Shown piece by piece: positions 18,911 through 31,579 of a stretch of DNA of 64,000 nt. The stretch's first letter is position 1. Each line of letters starts with the position of its first letter. Source of the DNA: an uncultured Clostridia bacterium. GTDB taxonomy: Bacteria > Bacillota > Clostridia > TANB77 > CAG-508. Location of the stretch: contig CAQPBJ010000001.1 of NCBI GenBank assembly GCA_948852945.1, forward strand, positions 64,417-128,416, given 5' to 3'. A program made the translations under genes and the position numbers. Under the pieces are notes generated by a model. The model saw nothing but the letters and a program-made list of their open reading frames with translations, was not told where the DNA came from and did not search any database.

Positions 18911-18989
18911 TTAGCAATATGTATTGACAATTGCTAAAATAGGATATAATATATATATGAAATTAGCAGACGAATAATAAAACTGCTAA
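18911..18989 (+). promoter_or_regulatory. hrcA-operon promoter with two CIRCE-like operators
   Basis: TTAGCAATA-N9-AATTGCTAA (18911-18937) overlaps the TTGACA -35 (18924-18929). TTAGCAGAC-N9-AACTGCTAA (18963-18989) lies downstream of the -10. Both keep the 9-N9-9 CIRCE geometry. Confidence 0.65.
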
Positions 18990-19006
18990 TAAAAGGGGAA
19001 ATAAAA

Positions 19007-20014
19007 ATGCTTGATAATAGAAAGAAAAAAATACTACAAGCAATTATTGAAGAATATATAGATACAGCAGAACCAGTAAGTTCAGGAAACCTAGTAAAAG
19101 AACTAAACTGCAGTAGTGCTACAATCAGAAACGATATGGCGGAACTTGAAAAAATAGGCTTCTTAGAAAAACCATATACCTCAGCAGGAAGAATACCATC
19201 ACAAAAAGGATATAGATACTATATTGATGAACTATTAAGAGACGATAAATTAACAGCAAAAGAAATGCAATATATAAAAAATAAATTAGAAACTACAGTA
19301 AATGAATTAGAAGATCTTACAAAAATTGCAACAACAACACTTTCAGAATTGACTCACTATACAACAATTGCAATAGGTCCGAAAATAGAAACACACACTA
19401 TACTAGATATAAAGTTTGTATTACTAGGAAGTAGAGTAATGATGGCAATAATATTAACAGACTCAGGAATAATCAGAGAAGCCATTATAAAATTTGATGA
19501 AGATGTAACAGAAGAACAAATCAGAAATTTAAATACAATTTTTGCTAATAATATGGTTGGAAAACCAATAGATGAATTAGGTGGAAATATTGAAGAGTTT
19601 ATAACAACAGAAATGAAAAACAGTATTTCAATAATTCAAAAAATTATAGCTGAAATAAATAAAATATTTAAAGAACATGATGATTTAATATTAGAAGGAA
19701 CAAATAAATCATTCGACTTACCAGAATTTCAAAAAGTCGAATTAGCAAAAAACTTTATGAATGTGCTAGACGCAAAAGATTTAGTATCAGAAGTACTAAA
19801 TACAGGTGTAGCAGAAGACATAAATGTATATATAGGCGAAGAACTTCAAGATGAAAAATTAAAAGACTTCAGTGTAGTAACATTTAATCATTTATTAGGA
19901 GATAAAGATATAGGAACAATAGGAATAATAGGACCAACAAGAATGGATTATTCTAAAGTTATTTCCATTATGAAATATATAAGTAAAAAACTAAAAGAAG
20001 ATCACAACGAATAA
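19007..20014 (+). CDS. hrcA: Heat-inducible transcription repressor HrcA
   Basis: N-terminal R..ILQAIIEEYI.TAEPVSS wHTH pattern. Position before grpE-dnaK-dnaJ. Confidence 0.9.
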   Translation: MLDNRKKKILQAIIEEYIDTAEPVSSGNLVKELNCSSATIRNDMAELEKIGFLEKPYTSAGRIPSQKGYRYYIDELLRDDKLTAKEMQYIKNKLETTVNELEDLTKIATTTLSELTHYTTIAIGPKIETHTILDIKFVLLGSRVMMAIILTDSGIIREAIIKFDEDVTEEQIRNLNTIFANNMVGKPIDELGGNIEEFITTEMKNSISIIQKIIAEINKIFKEHDDLILEGTNKSFDLPEFQKVELAKNFMNVLDAKDLVSEVLNTGVAEDINVYIGEELQDEKLKDFSVVTFNHLLGDKDIGTIGIIGPTRMDYSKVISIMKYISKKLKEDHNE

Positions 20015-20034
20015 AAAAAGAAAGAAGGGATAAA

Positions 20035-20544
20035 ATGACAGAAAACCAAGAAAATGAAAACCTAGAAGAAAAGACAACAGAACAAGAAGCACAACAACCA
20101 GAAATTATAGAAAATCAGAATACAACAAATGAACTAGAAGAAATGAACGATAGATATAAAAGACTATTTGCAGAATTTGAAAATTACAAAAAAAGAAACA
20201 TAAAAGAAAAAGAATCACTAAGAAATATGTTAGTATCAGATATAATGATGAGCATATTGCCAATAATAGACAACCTAGAAAAAGCAATAACAACAGGAAC
20301 AACAGACACAGCATATGAAGAAGGAATAAAAATGGTATTAAAACAACTAAAAGATACTTTAGCTTATCATGGAGTTAAAGAAATTGAAACTGTTGGAAAA
20401 CCATTTGACCCAGAACTTCATGAAGCAGTAAGTCATATAACAGATGAAAAACTAGGACAAAACATTATAAAAGAAGAATTTAGAAAAGGCTATATCATAG
20501 GAAATAAAGTAATAAGACATTCTATGGTAATAGTTGCAAACTAG
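20035..20544 (+). CDS. grpE: Nucleotide exchange factor GrpE
   Basis: RLFAEFENYKKR and PFDPELHEAV GrpE motifs. Confidence 0.92.
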   Translation: MTENQENENLEEKTTEQEAQQPEIIENQNTTNELEEMNDRYKRLFAEFENYKKRNIKEKESLRNMLVSDIMMSILPIIDNLEKAITTGTTDTAYEEGIKMVLKQLKDTLAYHGVKEIETVGKPFDPELHEAVSHITDEKLGQNIIKEEFRKGYIIGNKVIRHSMVIVAN

Positions 20545-20603
20545 TTATTAATTTTTTATATATAAATTATACAAAAGAACAAAATCAAATAAAATAAAAA
20601 CAA

Positions 20604-20735
20604 GTCGTTGGGAAAAGAATTATTAATAGATTCGATTTTATCTATATTAGAAGGCAAGGGAGCGTATGTATATACGTGACCGCGTTATAATATAGATAAA
20701 ATTGGAGATAGTGATGATTATTTTTCCAACCCGAT
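20604..20735 (+). other. Long imperfect intercistronic hairpin between grpE and dnaK
   Basis: TTGGGAAAA.../...TTTTCCAACCC and ATTTTATCTATATTA/TAATATAGATAAAAT arms with G-U positions. Apical CGUAU-GUAU-AUACG hairpin. Confidence 0.5.
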
Positions 20736-20749
20736 AAAAAGGAGGATAA

Positions 20750-22624
<1,875 letters not shown>

Positions 22625-22728
22625 TAAATAAAAAAGAGAGCAAGTTAGGGGCAAATAAAATAAAAATAAAAATTTGCCCCAATTTGTTGTATTGTAGATT
22701 ATAAAACTACATAAAAATGGAGGAAAAA

Positions 22729-23886
22729 ATGGCTAGTGAAAAAAGAGATTATTATGAAGTACTTGGAGTAGATAAAAATGCTTCTGATGATGAATTAAAA
22801 AGAGCATATAGAAAACTAGCAAAAAAATACCATCCAGACGCTAATCCAGATAATAAAAAAGAAGCAGAAGCTAAATTTAAAGAAATAAGTGAAGCATATG
22901 AAGTATTATCAGATAAACAAAAAAGACAGATGTACGATCAATTTGGACATGAAGGACCACAAGGCTTTGGCGGACAAAACGGAGGAGGATACTATTCATA
23001 CGGATCAGGCTTTGACGGCTTTGGTGGATTTTCAGGATTTGAAGATTTTGGATTTGGTAGCTTCGGAGATATTTTTTCAGCAGCTTTTGGTGGAGGAACT
23101 AAAAAAAGAAATGGTCCTAGAAAAGGAGCTGATTTAAAACTAAACCTAGAGATAACCTTTGAAGAATCATATAAAGGTGTAGAAAAAACTATAAGCATAA
23201 ACAGAAATAAAAAATGTGAACACTGTCATGGAACTGGAGCAAAACCAGGAACAAATCCAATAACTTGCCAAGTATGTAATGGAACAGGAAAAATAAAACA
23301 AGTAGTAACAACACCATTTGGACAAATGTCAACACAAAAAGTTTGTTCAAACTGTGGTGGAGAAGGAAAAATAATAAAAGAACCATGCCAAGATTGTAAA
23401 GGAAAAGGAACAGTTAGAGAATCAGCAAAAATAAAAGTAAAAATTCCTGAAGGAATTGATGATGGACAAACAGTAGTGCTTAGAGGAGAGGGAGAGCCAG
23501 GAAGTAAAGGCGGACCAAATGGGGATTTGTATATAAATGTTCATGTTAAAAAACATAGTATATATACAAGAAAAGCAGATCACGTATTATGTGATATTCC
23601 AATAACATTTACAGGAGCAACTTTAGGAACAGAAATTGAAATTCCATTAGTAGATGGAACAAAAGAAAAATATAAAATTCCAGAAGGAACTCAAACTGGT
23701 TCAAAATTTGTACTAAAAGGAAAAGGATTCAAGAGCATTAATGGAAGCTGGAGAGGAGACTTTGTATTCACAGTAAATGTTCAAGTTCCTAAAAAACTAA
23801 CTCAAGAACAACGAGACTTAATAACAAAATTAGCACAAACTATGAATGAACAACCACCAATTAAAAAACGTGGAATATTTGGCTAA
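22729..23886 (+). CDS. dnaJ: Molecular chaperone DnaJ
   Basis: J-domain (YYEVLGV..HPD), G/F-rich linker, four CxxCxGxG zinc-finger repeats. Confidence 0.96.
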   Translation: MASEKRDYYEVLGVDKNASDDELKRAYRKLAKKYHPDANPDNKKEAEAKFKEISEAYEVLSDKQKRQMYDQFGHEGPQGFGGQNGGGYYSYGSGFDGFGGFSGFEDFGFGSFGDIFSAAFGGGTKKRNGPRKGADLKLNLEITFEESYKGVEKTISINRNKKCEHCHGTGAKPGTNPITCQVCNGTGKIKQVVTTPFGQMSTQKVCSNCGGEGKIIKEPCQDCKGKGTVRESAKIKVKIPEGIDDGQTVVLRGEGEPGSKGGPNGDLYINVHVKKHSIYTRKADHVLCDIPITFTGATLGTEIEIPLVDGTKEKYKIPEGTQTGSKFVLKGKGFKSINGSWRGDFVFTVNVQVPKKLTQEQRDLITKLAQTMNEQPPIKKRGIFG

Positions 23887-23978
23887 AATAGTAAAAATTT
23901 CAATAGAAAAAGAGCAACAAAATGTTGACTCTTTTTTTTATTATTAATATAATTTATATATACATAGGAGGAGAAAAA

Positions 23979-25136
23979 ATGAAAAAAGTAATATCTTCAG
24001 TAGTACTATTAATATTAATTATGCAAATAGCTACAACATGCTTAGCAACAGAAAGTGATATAAAAAATTCAGAAAATGATGTAAACAATCCAGAAAAAGA
24101 AAATGTAGTTGAAACTGATGTAGATGAAACTAAAGAAAAAGAAGAGATACCTACAATAGGAACGGAAATAGAAAATAATAAAACTGAAAGTGAAAGCGAA
24201 AACGAAAGCAAAACAGAAGATGTTTGGACTGATTTTTCAAATGCAAAAGTTACTATAGAAACAAGTAGTCAAGGAGCAAACCATTTTGCAGAATATCACT
24301 TAAAGTTTTCAGATGTAAAATTAGAAGAGTCAGGAAGAAGCTATAAAATATTATTAACTCATTCTGCTGATAAACCTCAAATTGAATATGGAAAAATAGA
24401 AGGAGCATTTATAATAAATATGAAATCAAATGGCAATATAGACCAATATTTAGAAGAAAATGGAGATATATATTGCCATGTTGCAGAAGAAATATATGAT
24501 ACACGTAAAGCTAAAATAGTTTTTTCAAAAAAACTAGAAAGACCAGCAGAAAACAAACTACACGACAGATTAGTATGCTATTTTTTCCATGATCGCACAT
24601 CATCATTTTATTATGGACCTAAAAAAAGTGATACTGTAAGAAAAATAAATCTAAAAATTGGTACTATAGATGACAAAAACATATTACTTTCAATAAAAAA
24701 CGGAGAGAAAGATTGCTTAGAAAAATTATTAGCTTATGCAAAAACAGCAAAATCAATATATACTGGAACGATTCCATTAGGTAAAGGCGAAAGTATAGCA
24801 AATGACTTAAAAGTCACAAATAAAGGATATTATTATGTATATATGCAATTAGATGATGAAAATGGAAAATATTATCCAGTAGAAGATATTTCGTTATATC
24901 AAGCACATATTTCAGAAAGTGCAGAAGTGACTTTGGCTGATTATCTAGACTCAAACTTTACATGGAATATAGAAAACGGAAGTGGAGGAGCAAGCAATAT
25001 AAAAGATGACCCAACTACATCAGGAATAAAATATCCAAACACAGGAAAAATAGCACTAGGAACAGGAATAATTGTATTAATAGGAGCAACATATATATTG
25101 CACAGAAAAAATAAAAAATATCAAGATATAAAATAA
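23979..25136 (+). CDS. Putative cell-surface protein with sortase-type C-terminal anchor
   Basis: Signal peptide after an AGGAGGAG SD. C-terminus is YPNTG + hydrophobic stretch + HRKNKK (PxTG-like sorting signal). Confidence 0.5.
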   Translation: MKKVISSVVLLILIMQIATTCLATESDIKNSENDVNNPEKENVVETDVDETKEKEEIPTIGTEIENNKTESESENESKTEDVWTDFSNAKVTIETSSQGANHFAEYHLKFSDVKLEESGRSYKILLTHSADKPQIEYGKIEGAFIINMKSNGNIDQYLEENGDIYCHVAEEIYDTRKAKIVFSKKLERPAENKLHDRLVCYFFHDRTSSFYYGPKKSDTVRKINLKIGTIDDKNILLSIKNGEKDCLEKLLAYAKTAKSIYTGTIPLGKGESIANDLKVTNKGYYYVYMQLDDENGKYYPVEDISLYQAHISESAEVTLADYLDSNFTWNIENGSGGASNIKDDPTTSGIKYPNTGKIALGTGIIVLIGATYILHRKNKKYQDIK

Positions 25137-25145
25137 TATAACAAG

Positions 25146-25182
25146 AAAACAGGCGAGGAATTGGTAACCACGCCTGTTTTTT
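25146..25182. terminator. Bidirectional terminator between the surface-protein gene and cassette E
   Basis: AAAACAGGCG-...-CGCCTGTTTTTT, with A/T runs on both sides. Confidence 0.75.
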
Positions 25183-25195
25183 AATACACCTACAG

Positions 25196-25663
25196 CTAAA
25201 AATTGTAACGAAAATGCCTATAAGCACGAGAATCACGGTAAAGTTCTGTAGAACCGAGTTTTGACTGTACAGCAAGACTGGCATTATTTTTCTCTTTTAC
25301 AGCAAAATTAAAGTAAGAAAAATTTTTGCTAAGAGTCTGTGCCAAAAGCTGAACGCCAATTGAAGCATAATCGTTGCCAAAGTAATCTTCGCCAGTAAAG
25401 TAACTGATTTCAGCACCACCTGAGGAATCAGGGGATACATAGAAAACAGAGACTAATCCAACACGTCTTACAAAAAGTCCATACAAAGCATATCCATACC
25501 GATTGTTTTTAGCAATAATACTTTCTGCTTCTGAAACATTTCTAGCACGGAAATAAGCTAAGTACTGAGACATTCCAAGACCAGTTGAAATTTTAACAAA
25601 GTTAGCTGCATCTTTGGTCTTTAATTTTCTGATGGTAAGACCATCAAACGTCTTTTCCTTCAT
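25196..25663 (-). CDS. GNAT-like acetyltransferase, tentative (high-GC cassette E)
   Basis: 155-aa GC-rich ORF. TG-G-TATACT promoter and AGGAGG SD on the minus strand. Weak resemblance to RimJ/RimL-type GNATs. Confidence 0.4.
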   Translation of the reverse strand: MKEKTFDGLTIRKLKTKDAANFVKISTGLGMSQYLAYFRARNVSEAESIIAKNNRYGYALYGLFVRRVGLVSVFYVSPDSSGGAEISYFTGEDYFGNDYASIGVQLLAQTLSKNFSYFNFAVKEKNNASLAVQSKLGSTELYRDSRAYRHFRYNF

Positions 25664-26118
25664 CTAAGGAACCTCCTATTGTTCATGTTTATAGTATACC
25701 ATAAAACACGCCAATAAACAATATTATGTATACTCAGGCAATGATAAAACAATTGAAAATTGACAAACAATTAAAAAAATAGTATAATACATACCAGTTG
25801 TATCGCAAGAGGCGATAAGAAGAGATGTATATAAAAATAAAAAGAGATAATGGTTCGGAAAAATTAAATAAGGTGAAATTAAAGCAATATTTAAATTGTT
25901 TGTATTTGCGTTTTCATAAATAAATTATAAAAAGCGGTGTATATAATTTATATTAAATAGAAAAATGAACGGAAAAAAGAATCATTAAACTCCTTATATC
26001 AAAAAGATATAAAGAGTTTTATTTAGCTATGGCTAAAAATTATGTAATTAAAAACATTACAGAAGATAATTTATTTTATATACTATTTTTATATAAAATT
26101 TTAGGAGGAAATTAAATA

Positions 26119-28053
26119 ATGGAAAACAACGAGAAAAACAATTCTACAAATACGGCTAAAAGAAATAATCAAAGAAATAATAGAATTGTAAGCACAAGAA
26201 AGAAAACAAACCAAGAAACAAAAATAAATAAAGGAAAGACTAAAGAGAGAACATTACAAGAAATAACTCAAGACTTAAAAAATGCAAAAATGCAAAAAGA
26301 AGAAAAAGTAGTTAAAGAAAAGACATCAAATATAAACAGAACAAGAAAACCAAGACAATTAACAAACAAAAAAGAAGAAAATGGATTTAAATTTAAAAAA
26401 GAAAAATTAAAAATAATACCACTTGGAGGAATTCAAGAAATAGGAAAAAACATTACTGTATTTGAATATGGTGATGACATGGTAGTAGTAGATTGTGGAC
26501 TAGCATTCCCAGAAGATGATATGTTAGGAATAGACTTAGTTATACCAGATTTTTCATATCTAGAGAAAAATCAAGACAAAATAAGAGGCTTAGTAATAAC
26601 TCATGGACACGAAGATCATATTGGAGCAATACCATATTTATTACAAAAAATAAATGTGCCAATTTATGCTACAAAATTGACAGCAGGATTAATAAGTCAT
26701 AAATTAGAAGAACATAAATTACTAAAAAGTACAAAATTAAAAGTAGTAAATCAAGGTCAAACAATAACATTAGGAAAAATAAGAGTAGAATTTATAAGAA
26801 GTTGTCACAGTATACCAGATGCAGTAGTGCTTGCAATACACACACCAGCTGGAACAGTAGTACATACAGGTGACTTTAAAATAGACTATACACCGATAGA
26901 TGACGAAAGAATGGACTTTGGAAGACTTGCAGAACTTGGAAATAAAGGTGTATTAGCATTAATGTCAGACAGTACAAATGCAGAAAGAAGAGGATATACA
27001 ATGTCTGAAAGTACAGTTGGAGAAGTATTAGATAAATTATTTTTTAATTGTACAAAAAGAATTGTAGTTGCAACTTTTGCATCAAATGTACATAGAGTTC
27101 AACAAATTGTTAATTCAGCAGTTGCAAATAAAAGAAAAATTGCAGTATGTGGAAGAAGTATGATAAACATGATATCAACTGCAATGGAACTAGGGTATAT
27201 AAATGTACCTGAAAACGTATTTATAGACATAGATATGATAAAAAATTATACAGATGATCAACTAGTAATAATAACAACAGGAAGCCAAGGAGAAACAATG
27301 TCAGCATTAACAAGAATGGCTACTGGTGATCACAAAAAAGTAACAATAACACCAAATGACTTAGTAATCATATCAGCAAACCCAATACCAGGAAATGAAA
27401 AATATGTAGCAAAAGTAATAGATGATTTAATGAAAATAGGAGCAGAAGTTGTATATAGTTCATTAGAAGATATCCACGTTTCAGGACATGCTTGTCAAGA
27501 AGAACAAAAACTAATGTTATCATTAATCAGACCTAAATACTTTATACCAGTACATGGTGAATATAGACAATTAATTGCACACAGCGAAACAGCAAAAAAA
27601 GTAGGTGTAAAACCAGAAAACATATTCCTAACAACTAATGGAAGAGTATTAGAATTAAACGAAGATGAAGCATCATTAACAGGAACAGTTGCCTTTGGAA
27701 AAATAATGGTAGACGGCTTAGGTGTAGGAGATGTTGGAAATATAGTATTAAGAGATAGACAACATTTATCACAAGATGGTTTAATAATAGTAGTAATGTC
27801 AATGGACGAATCAACAGGAGAAATTGTCGCAGGACCAGATGTAATTTCAAGAGGATTTGTATATGTACGTGAATCAGAAAATTTAATGGAAGATGTAAAA
27901 AGAATGTTAAGAGAAGAGGTAGCTAAACTAGAAGAAAGCGGAGTAAGAGACTGGACAACAATTAAATCAAGATTAAAAGATTCTTTAAGAGATTATATAT
28001 TTACAAAAACTAAGAGAAACCCGATGATCCTACCAATAATAATGGAAGTATAG
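26119..28053 (+). CDS. rnj: Ribonuclease J, with a Lys-rich N-terminal extension
   Basis: Metallo-beta-lactamase motif HGHEDHIG, beta-CASP region. A ~90-aa K/N-rich extension precedes LKIIPLGG. Confidence 0.9.
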   Translation: MENNEKNNSTNTAKRNNQRNNRIVSTRKKTNQETKINKGKTKERTLQEITQDLKNAKMQKEEKVVKEKTSNINRTRKPRQLTNKKEENGFKFKKEKLKIIPLGGIQEIGKNITVFEYGDDMVVVDCGLAFPEDDMLGIDLVIPDFSYLEKNQDKIRGLVITHGHEDHIGAIPYLLQKINVPIYATKLTAGLISHKLEEHKLLKSTKLKVVNQGQTITLGKIRVEFIRSCHSIPDAVVLAIHTPAGTVVHTGDFKIDYTPIDDERMDFGRLAELGNKGVLALMSDSTNAERRGYTMSESTVGEVLDKLFFNCTKRIVVATFASNVHRVQQIVNSAVANKRKIAVCGRSMINMISTAMELGYINVPENVFIDIDMIKNYTDDQLVIITTGSQGETMSALTRMATGDHKKVTITPNDLVIISANPIPGNEKYVAKVIDDLMKIGAEVVYSSLEDIHVSGHACQEEQKLMLSLIRPKYFIPVHGEYRQLIAHSETAKKVGVKPENIFLTTNGRVLELNEDEASLTGTVAFGKIMVDGLGVGDVGNIVLRDRQHLSQDGLIIVVMSMDESTGEIVAGPDVISRGFVYVRESENLMEDVKRMLREEVAKLEESGVRDWTTIKSRLKDSLRDYIFTKTKRNPMILPIIMEV

Positions 28054-28060
28054 TTAAATA

Positions 28061-28100
28061 TAGCAGTATCAAGCCTTTTACAACTTGATACTGCTAATTT
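28061..28100 (+). terminator. Intrinsic terminator after rnj
   Basis: TAGCAGTATCAAG-...-CTTGATACTGCTA + ATTT. Confidence 0.65.
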
Positions 28101-28199
28101 GTTGATAACGTGTTGATAACGCAAAAAAATATATATGTTTATCTACAATAAAAACACACATCTCTATTATTTAACATATAAATAATAGAGGTGAAAAGA

Positions 28200-29144
28200 A
28201 TGGATTATGATTATTATACTTCAAATAATAATGGTAAAGATGACTATGGATTAAAATACATAAATGATAAAGGCTATGGTAGAATTTGCAAAGAATATAA
28301 AATTGAATTTCCACCACAACATCAAGATAAACAACCTGGAATGGAATATTTAATGACACCAAGACCAATATTTAACAATCCATATTATAGAGCATCAGGT
28401 AAGTTATACAATAAAGTTGCAATTATAACAGGAGGAGATTCAGGAATTGGTAGAGCTACAGCAATCGGATTTGCCAAAGAGGGAGCAAGTGTTGTAATTG
28501 CATATTATGATGAACATAAAGATGCAGAAGAAACAAAAGAATTTATTGAAAGAATAGGAGGAAAGTGCTTATTACTTTCAGGAGATATAAAAGATACGAA
28601 TTTTTGCAATAAAATTATAGAAGAAACTATTAAAACATTTGGCAAAATTGATATATTAGTTAATAATGCAGGAGTTCAATATCAAAAGAAAAGTCTATTA
28701 GATATAACAGATGAACAATTTGATTTAACAATGAAAACAAATATATATTCTATGTTTTATTTAACCAAAAAAGCTTTAAAACATTTGAAATCAGGAGCAA
28801 GCATTATAAATGTAACCTCTATAACAACATTTAAAGGAGAACCCGAGCTAATAGATTATGTAACAAGTAAAGGAGCGATAGTAGGATTTACAAGGTCACT
28901 CGCTACTAATTTAGCAGATAAAAATATAAGAGTAAATGCAATTTCTCCAGGAGTATTTTGGACACCATTACAACCAGCATGTTGGGAAGCAGAAAAAATA
29001 CCAACACTAGGTTCAGATGCACCAATGGGAAGAGCAGGACATCCTTATGAAATAGCACCATTATTTATTTACCTAGCAAGCGACGATTCGTCATATGTTA
29101 CAGGTCAAGTTATTCACATAAATGGAGGAGAATATAAAGGATAA
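28200..29144 (+). CDS. SDR-family oxidoreductase (YghA/YhxC-like)
   Basis: TGGDSGIG cofactor motif, NNAG, and a Y...K catalytic region. Confidence 0.8.
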   Translation: MDYDYYTSNNNGKDDYGLKYINDKGYGRICKEYKIEFPPQHQDKQPGMEYLMTPRPIFNNPYYRASGKLYNKVAIITGGDSGIGRATAIGFAKEGASVVIAYYDEHKDAEETKEFIERIGGKCLLLSGDIKDTNFCNKIIEETIKTFGKIDILVNNAGVQYQKKSLLDITDEQFDLTMKTNIYSMFYLTKKALKHLKSGASIINVTSITTFKGEPELIDYVTSKGAIVGFTRSLATNLADKNIRVNAISPGVFWTPLQPACWEAEKIPTLGSDAPMGRAGHPYEIAPLFIYLASDDSSYVTGQVIHINGGEYKG

Positions 29145-29227
29145 ACATAAAAAATAATGTTCATATATGGAAAAAAAACAAAGTTTATGATAAAATACCC
29201 ACGTATAAATAAAAAGGAGAGATAAAT

Positions 29228-30850
29228 ATGGATAGAAAAGAATTAGCTGATTTAATATTTCCTGATATAAAGGATGTATCATATTATGAAGAAAAATACC
29301 CTGAAAGAGAGTTAAAAGAAGGAGCACAAGTAGTAAGAGTTGCACCAAGTCCAACGGGATTTATACATGTTGGAGGAATTTTTCAAGGACTAATAGCTAA
29401 AAAAATAGCTAAACAAACAAATGGAATATTTTTTGTAAGAATAGAAGATACAGATCAAAAAAGAAAAATTGAAAATGGAACAGAAGAAATTTTAAATGCA
29501 TATAAAGACTATGATTTATATCCAGATGAAACAGTAGGTAAAGGAAATTACGGTCCATATATTCAAAGTGAGAGAAAAGAAATCTATAAAGCATATGCTA
29601 AAAAATTAGTAGAAGAAGGAAATGCATATCCATGTTTTTGTTCAACAGAAGAACTAGATAAAATAAGAGAAAATCAAACAAAAGCACAAGAAAGAACAGG
29701 ATATTTTGGAAAATGGGCCAAATGTAGAAATATGCCTGTAGATATGGCAATAGAGAAAATAAAAAACGGTGATCCATATATAGTAAGATTTAAATCACCA
29801 GGAAATCCAGATAAAAAAATAAAAATAAAAGATGTCATTAAAGGTGGAATAGATATGCCAGAAAATGACCAAGATATAGTTATTATAAAATCTGATGGAC
29901 TTCCAACATATCATTTTGCACATGCAATAGATGACCATTTAATGCACACAACATTAGTAACACGTAGTGACGAATGGTTATCATCAGTGCCACTACATAT
30001 ACAATTATTCCAAGTTCTTGGATTTAAAGTTCCAAAATTTGCACATACAGCACCATTAGAAAAAGCAGAAGCAGAATCAAGAAGAAAATTAAGCAAAAGA
30101 AAAGATCCAGAAGCAGCAGTTTCTTATTATACTGAAGAAGGTATACCAAAAGAAGCACTAAAAGAATACTTAATGAATATAGCAAATTCAAATTTCGAAA
30201 TATGGAGAAAACAAAATCCAGATAAAGACATGATGGAAGATTTTGAATTCAATTTAAATAAAATGGGAGTAAGTGGAGCTTTATTTGATACAGTAAAATT
30301 ATTAGATGTAGCAAAAGGAGTTATATCAAGATTTACAGCACAAGAAGTTTATGACTTTGCATACACTTGGGCAGAAAGATATGATCAAGAGTTAAAAGAA
30401 ATGTTAGATAACAAAGAATATTCACTAAAAGTTTTAGGTATTGAAAGAGAAAACGCTAAACCAAGAAAAGATATATCAAAATGGTCAGAAGTAAAAGACA
30501 ACATTAGCTATATGTATAAAGATAAATTTGCAAATGTAAAAGATTTTGAATATCAAAAAATAACTGATAAAGATGAAATTAAAAAAATAGTAACAGAGTA
30601 TATAAATAATTACTATAGTATAAATGATGACAAACAAACATGGTTTGACAAAATGAAAGATTTAGCAGAAAAATTAGGATATGCTAGAGAAGTTAAAGAA
30701 TATAAATCAAACCCAGAAGATTATAAAGGACATGTCGGAGACATAAGTACAGTTATTAGAATAACATTAACAGGAAGAGCAAATACACCAGACCTTTATG
30801 AAATAATGCAAGTACTAGGAGAAAAAGAAGTAAAAGAAAGATTATCATAA
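29228..30850 (+). CDS. gltX: Glutamate--tRNA ligase
   Basis: Class I HIGH-type motif (SPTGFIHVGG) and KLSKRK (KMSKS). Long-form GltX. Confidence 0.85.
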   Translation: MDRKELADLIFPDIKDVSYYEEKYPERELKEGAQVVRVAPSPTGFIHVGGIFQGLIAKKIAKQTNGIFFVRIEDTDQKRKIENGTEEILNAYKDYDLYPDETVGKGNYGPYIQSERKEIYKAYAKKLVEEGNAYPCFCSTEELDKIRENQTKAQERTGYFGKWAKCRNMPVDMAIEKIKNGDPYIVRFKSPGNPDKKIKIKDVIKGGIDMPENDQDIVIIKSDGLPTYHFAHAIDDHLMHTTLVTRSDEWLSSVPLHIQLFQVLGFKVPKFAHTAPLEKAEAESRRKLSKRKDPEAAVSYYTEEGIPKEALKEYLMNIANSNFEIWRKQNPDKDMMEDFEFNLNKMGVSGALFDTVKLLDVAKGVISRFTAQEVYDFAYTWAERYDQELKEMLDNKEYSLKVLGIERENAKPRKDISKWSEVKDNISYMYKDKFANVKDFEYQKITDKDEIKKIVTEYINNYYSINDDKQTWFDKMKDLAEKLGYAREVKEYKSNPEDYKGHVGDISTVIRITLTGRANTPDLYEIMQVLGEKEVKERLS

Positions 30851-30915
30851 CTTTACATAAAATATAAAAGATGATATAATAAACAATGAACAAAAAAATA
30901 AGGAGGTCCATTATT

Positions 30916-31341
30916 ATGGCATTATTCAAAACCAATCATCATGTATTGGGAAGAGAACGCGGTACGGTAGAGAAAAATAATGACCTTACAGTCACAGGAG
31001 TAAAAGTACTAATAGATTTATGGTGCTCCAAAGTGATTGAAGAACAGATACTCCGCCGGCTGAATGAAATTCTTGGAGATGAAGATGAAAAAATCTCTGA
31101 AGACGAAATTTGCCAGCGAATTGAGCAGATGTTCAAAGACGAGTTTTCTTCCGTAAAGACCAGCATTAGTCGCGAGCAGAAAAAGGAAACAAGTGAGGTT
31201 ATGTGTCCGTTTTCCATTCATATTACAATTGAGGATGAAAATGAGTATCCAAAAATTGAGATGAAACCGACTAATAATCTTCAGAAAAATGCAACAATGG
31301 AGGTACTGACAATCAGTGTCAGAAGAAAACTATTCAAATGA
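30916..31341 (+). CDS. Hypothetical 141-aa protein (high-GC cassette F)
   Basis: Start at ATG 30916 after AAGGAGGT. GC-rich with CGC CGG CTG codons. Hairpin GGCACGG..CTGTGCC at 31348-31368. Confidence 0.4.
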   Translation: MALFKTNHHVLGRERGTVEKNNDLTVTGVKVLIDLWCSKVIEEQILRRLNEILGDEDEKISEDEICQRIEQMFKDEFSSVKTSISREQKKETSEVMCPFSIHITIEDENEYPKIEMKPTNNLQKNATMEVLTISVRRKLFK

Positions 31342-31391
31342 GAAGGCGGGCACGGCGAAAGCTGTGCCTTAGCTATTATTAAGGAGAAAAT

Positions 31392-31565
31392 ATGGAATTT
31401 AATGTAGGGGATATAGTAGTAACTAAAAAACAACATCCATGTGGAAGCAAAGAATGGACAATATTAAGAGTAGGTGTGGACTTTAAGTTAGAATGCACAG
31501 GATGCGGACACACCATAATGTTAGAAAGACCCAAAGCCATAAAAATTATAAAAAAGAAGATTTAA
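31392..31565 (+). CDS. DUF951-family small protein (57 aa, below the ORF-track cut-off)
   Basis: My translation is MEFNVGDIVVTKKQHPCGSKEWTILRVGVDFKLECTGCGHTIMLERPKAIKIIKKKI. The GD.V..KK.HPCGS..W...R.G.D....C.GC.H pattern is typical of DUF951. AAGGAG SD. Confidence 0.7.
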   Translation: MEFNVGDIVVTKKQHPCGSKEWTILRVGVDFKLECTGCGHTIMLERPKAIKIIKKKI

Positions 31566-31579
31566 TCTATAAAATAAAT

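Noticed and set aside
22889-23137. ORF 22889-23137(+) and several minus-strand ORFs inside dnaJ and dnaK.
   Set aside because: They are alternative frames of unmistakable chaperone genes.
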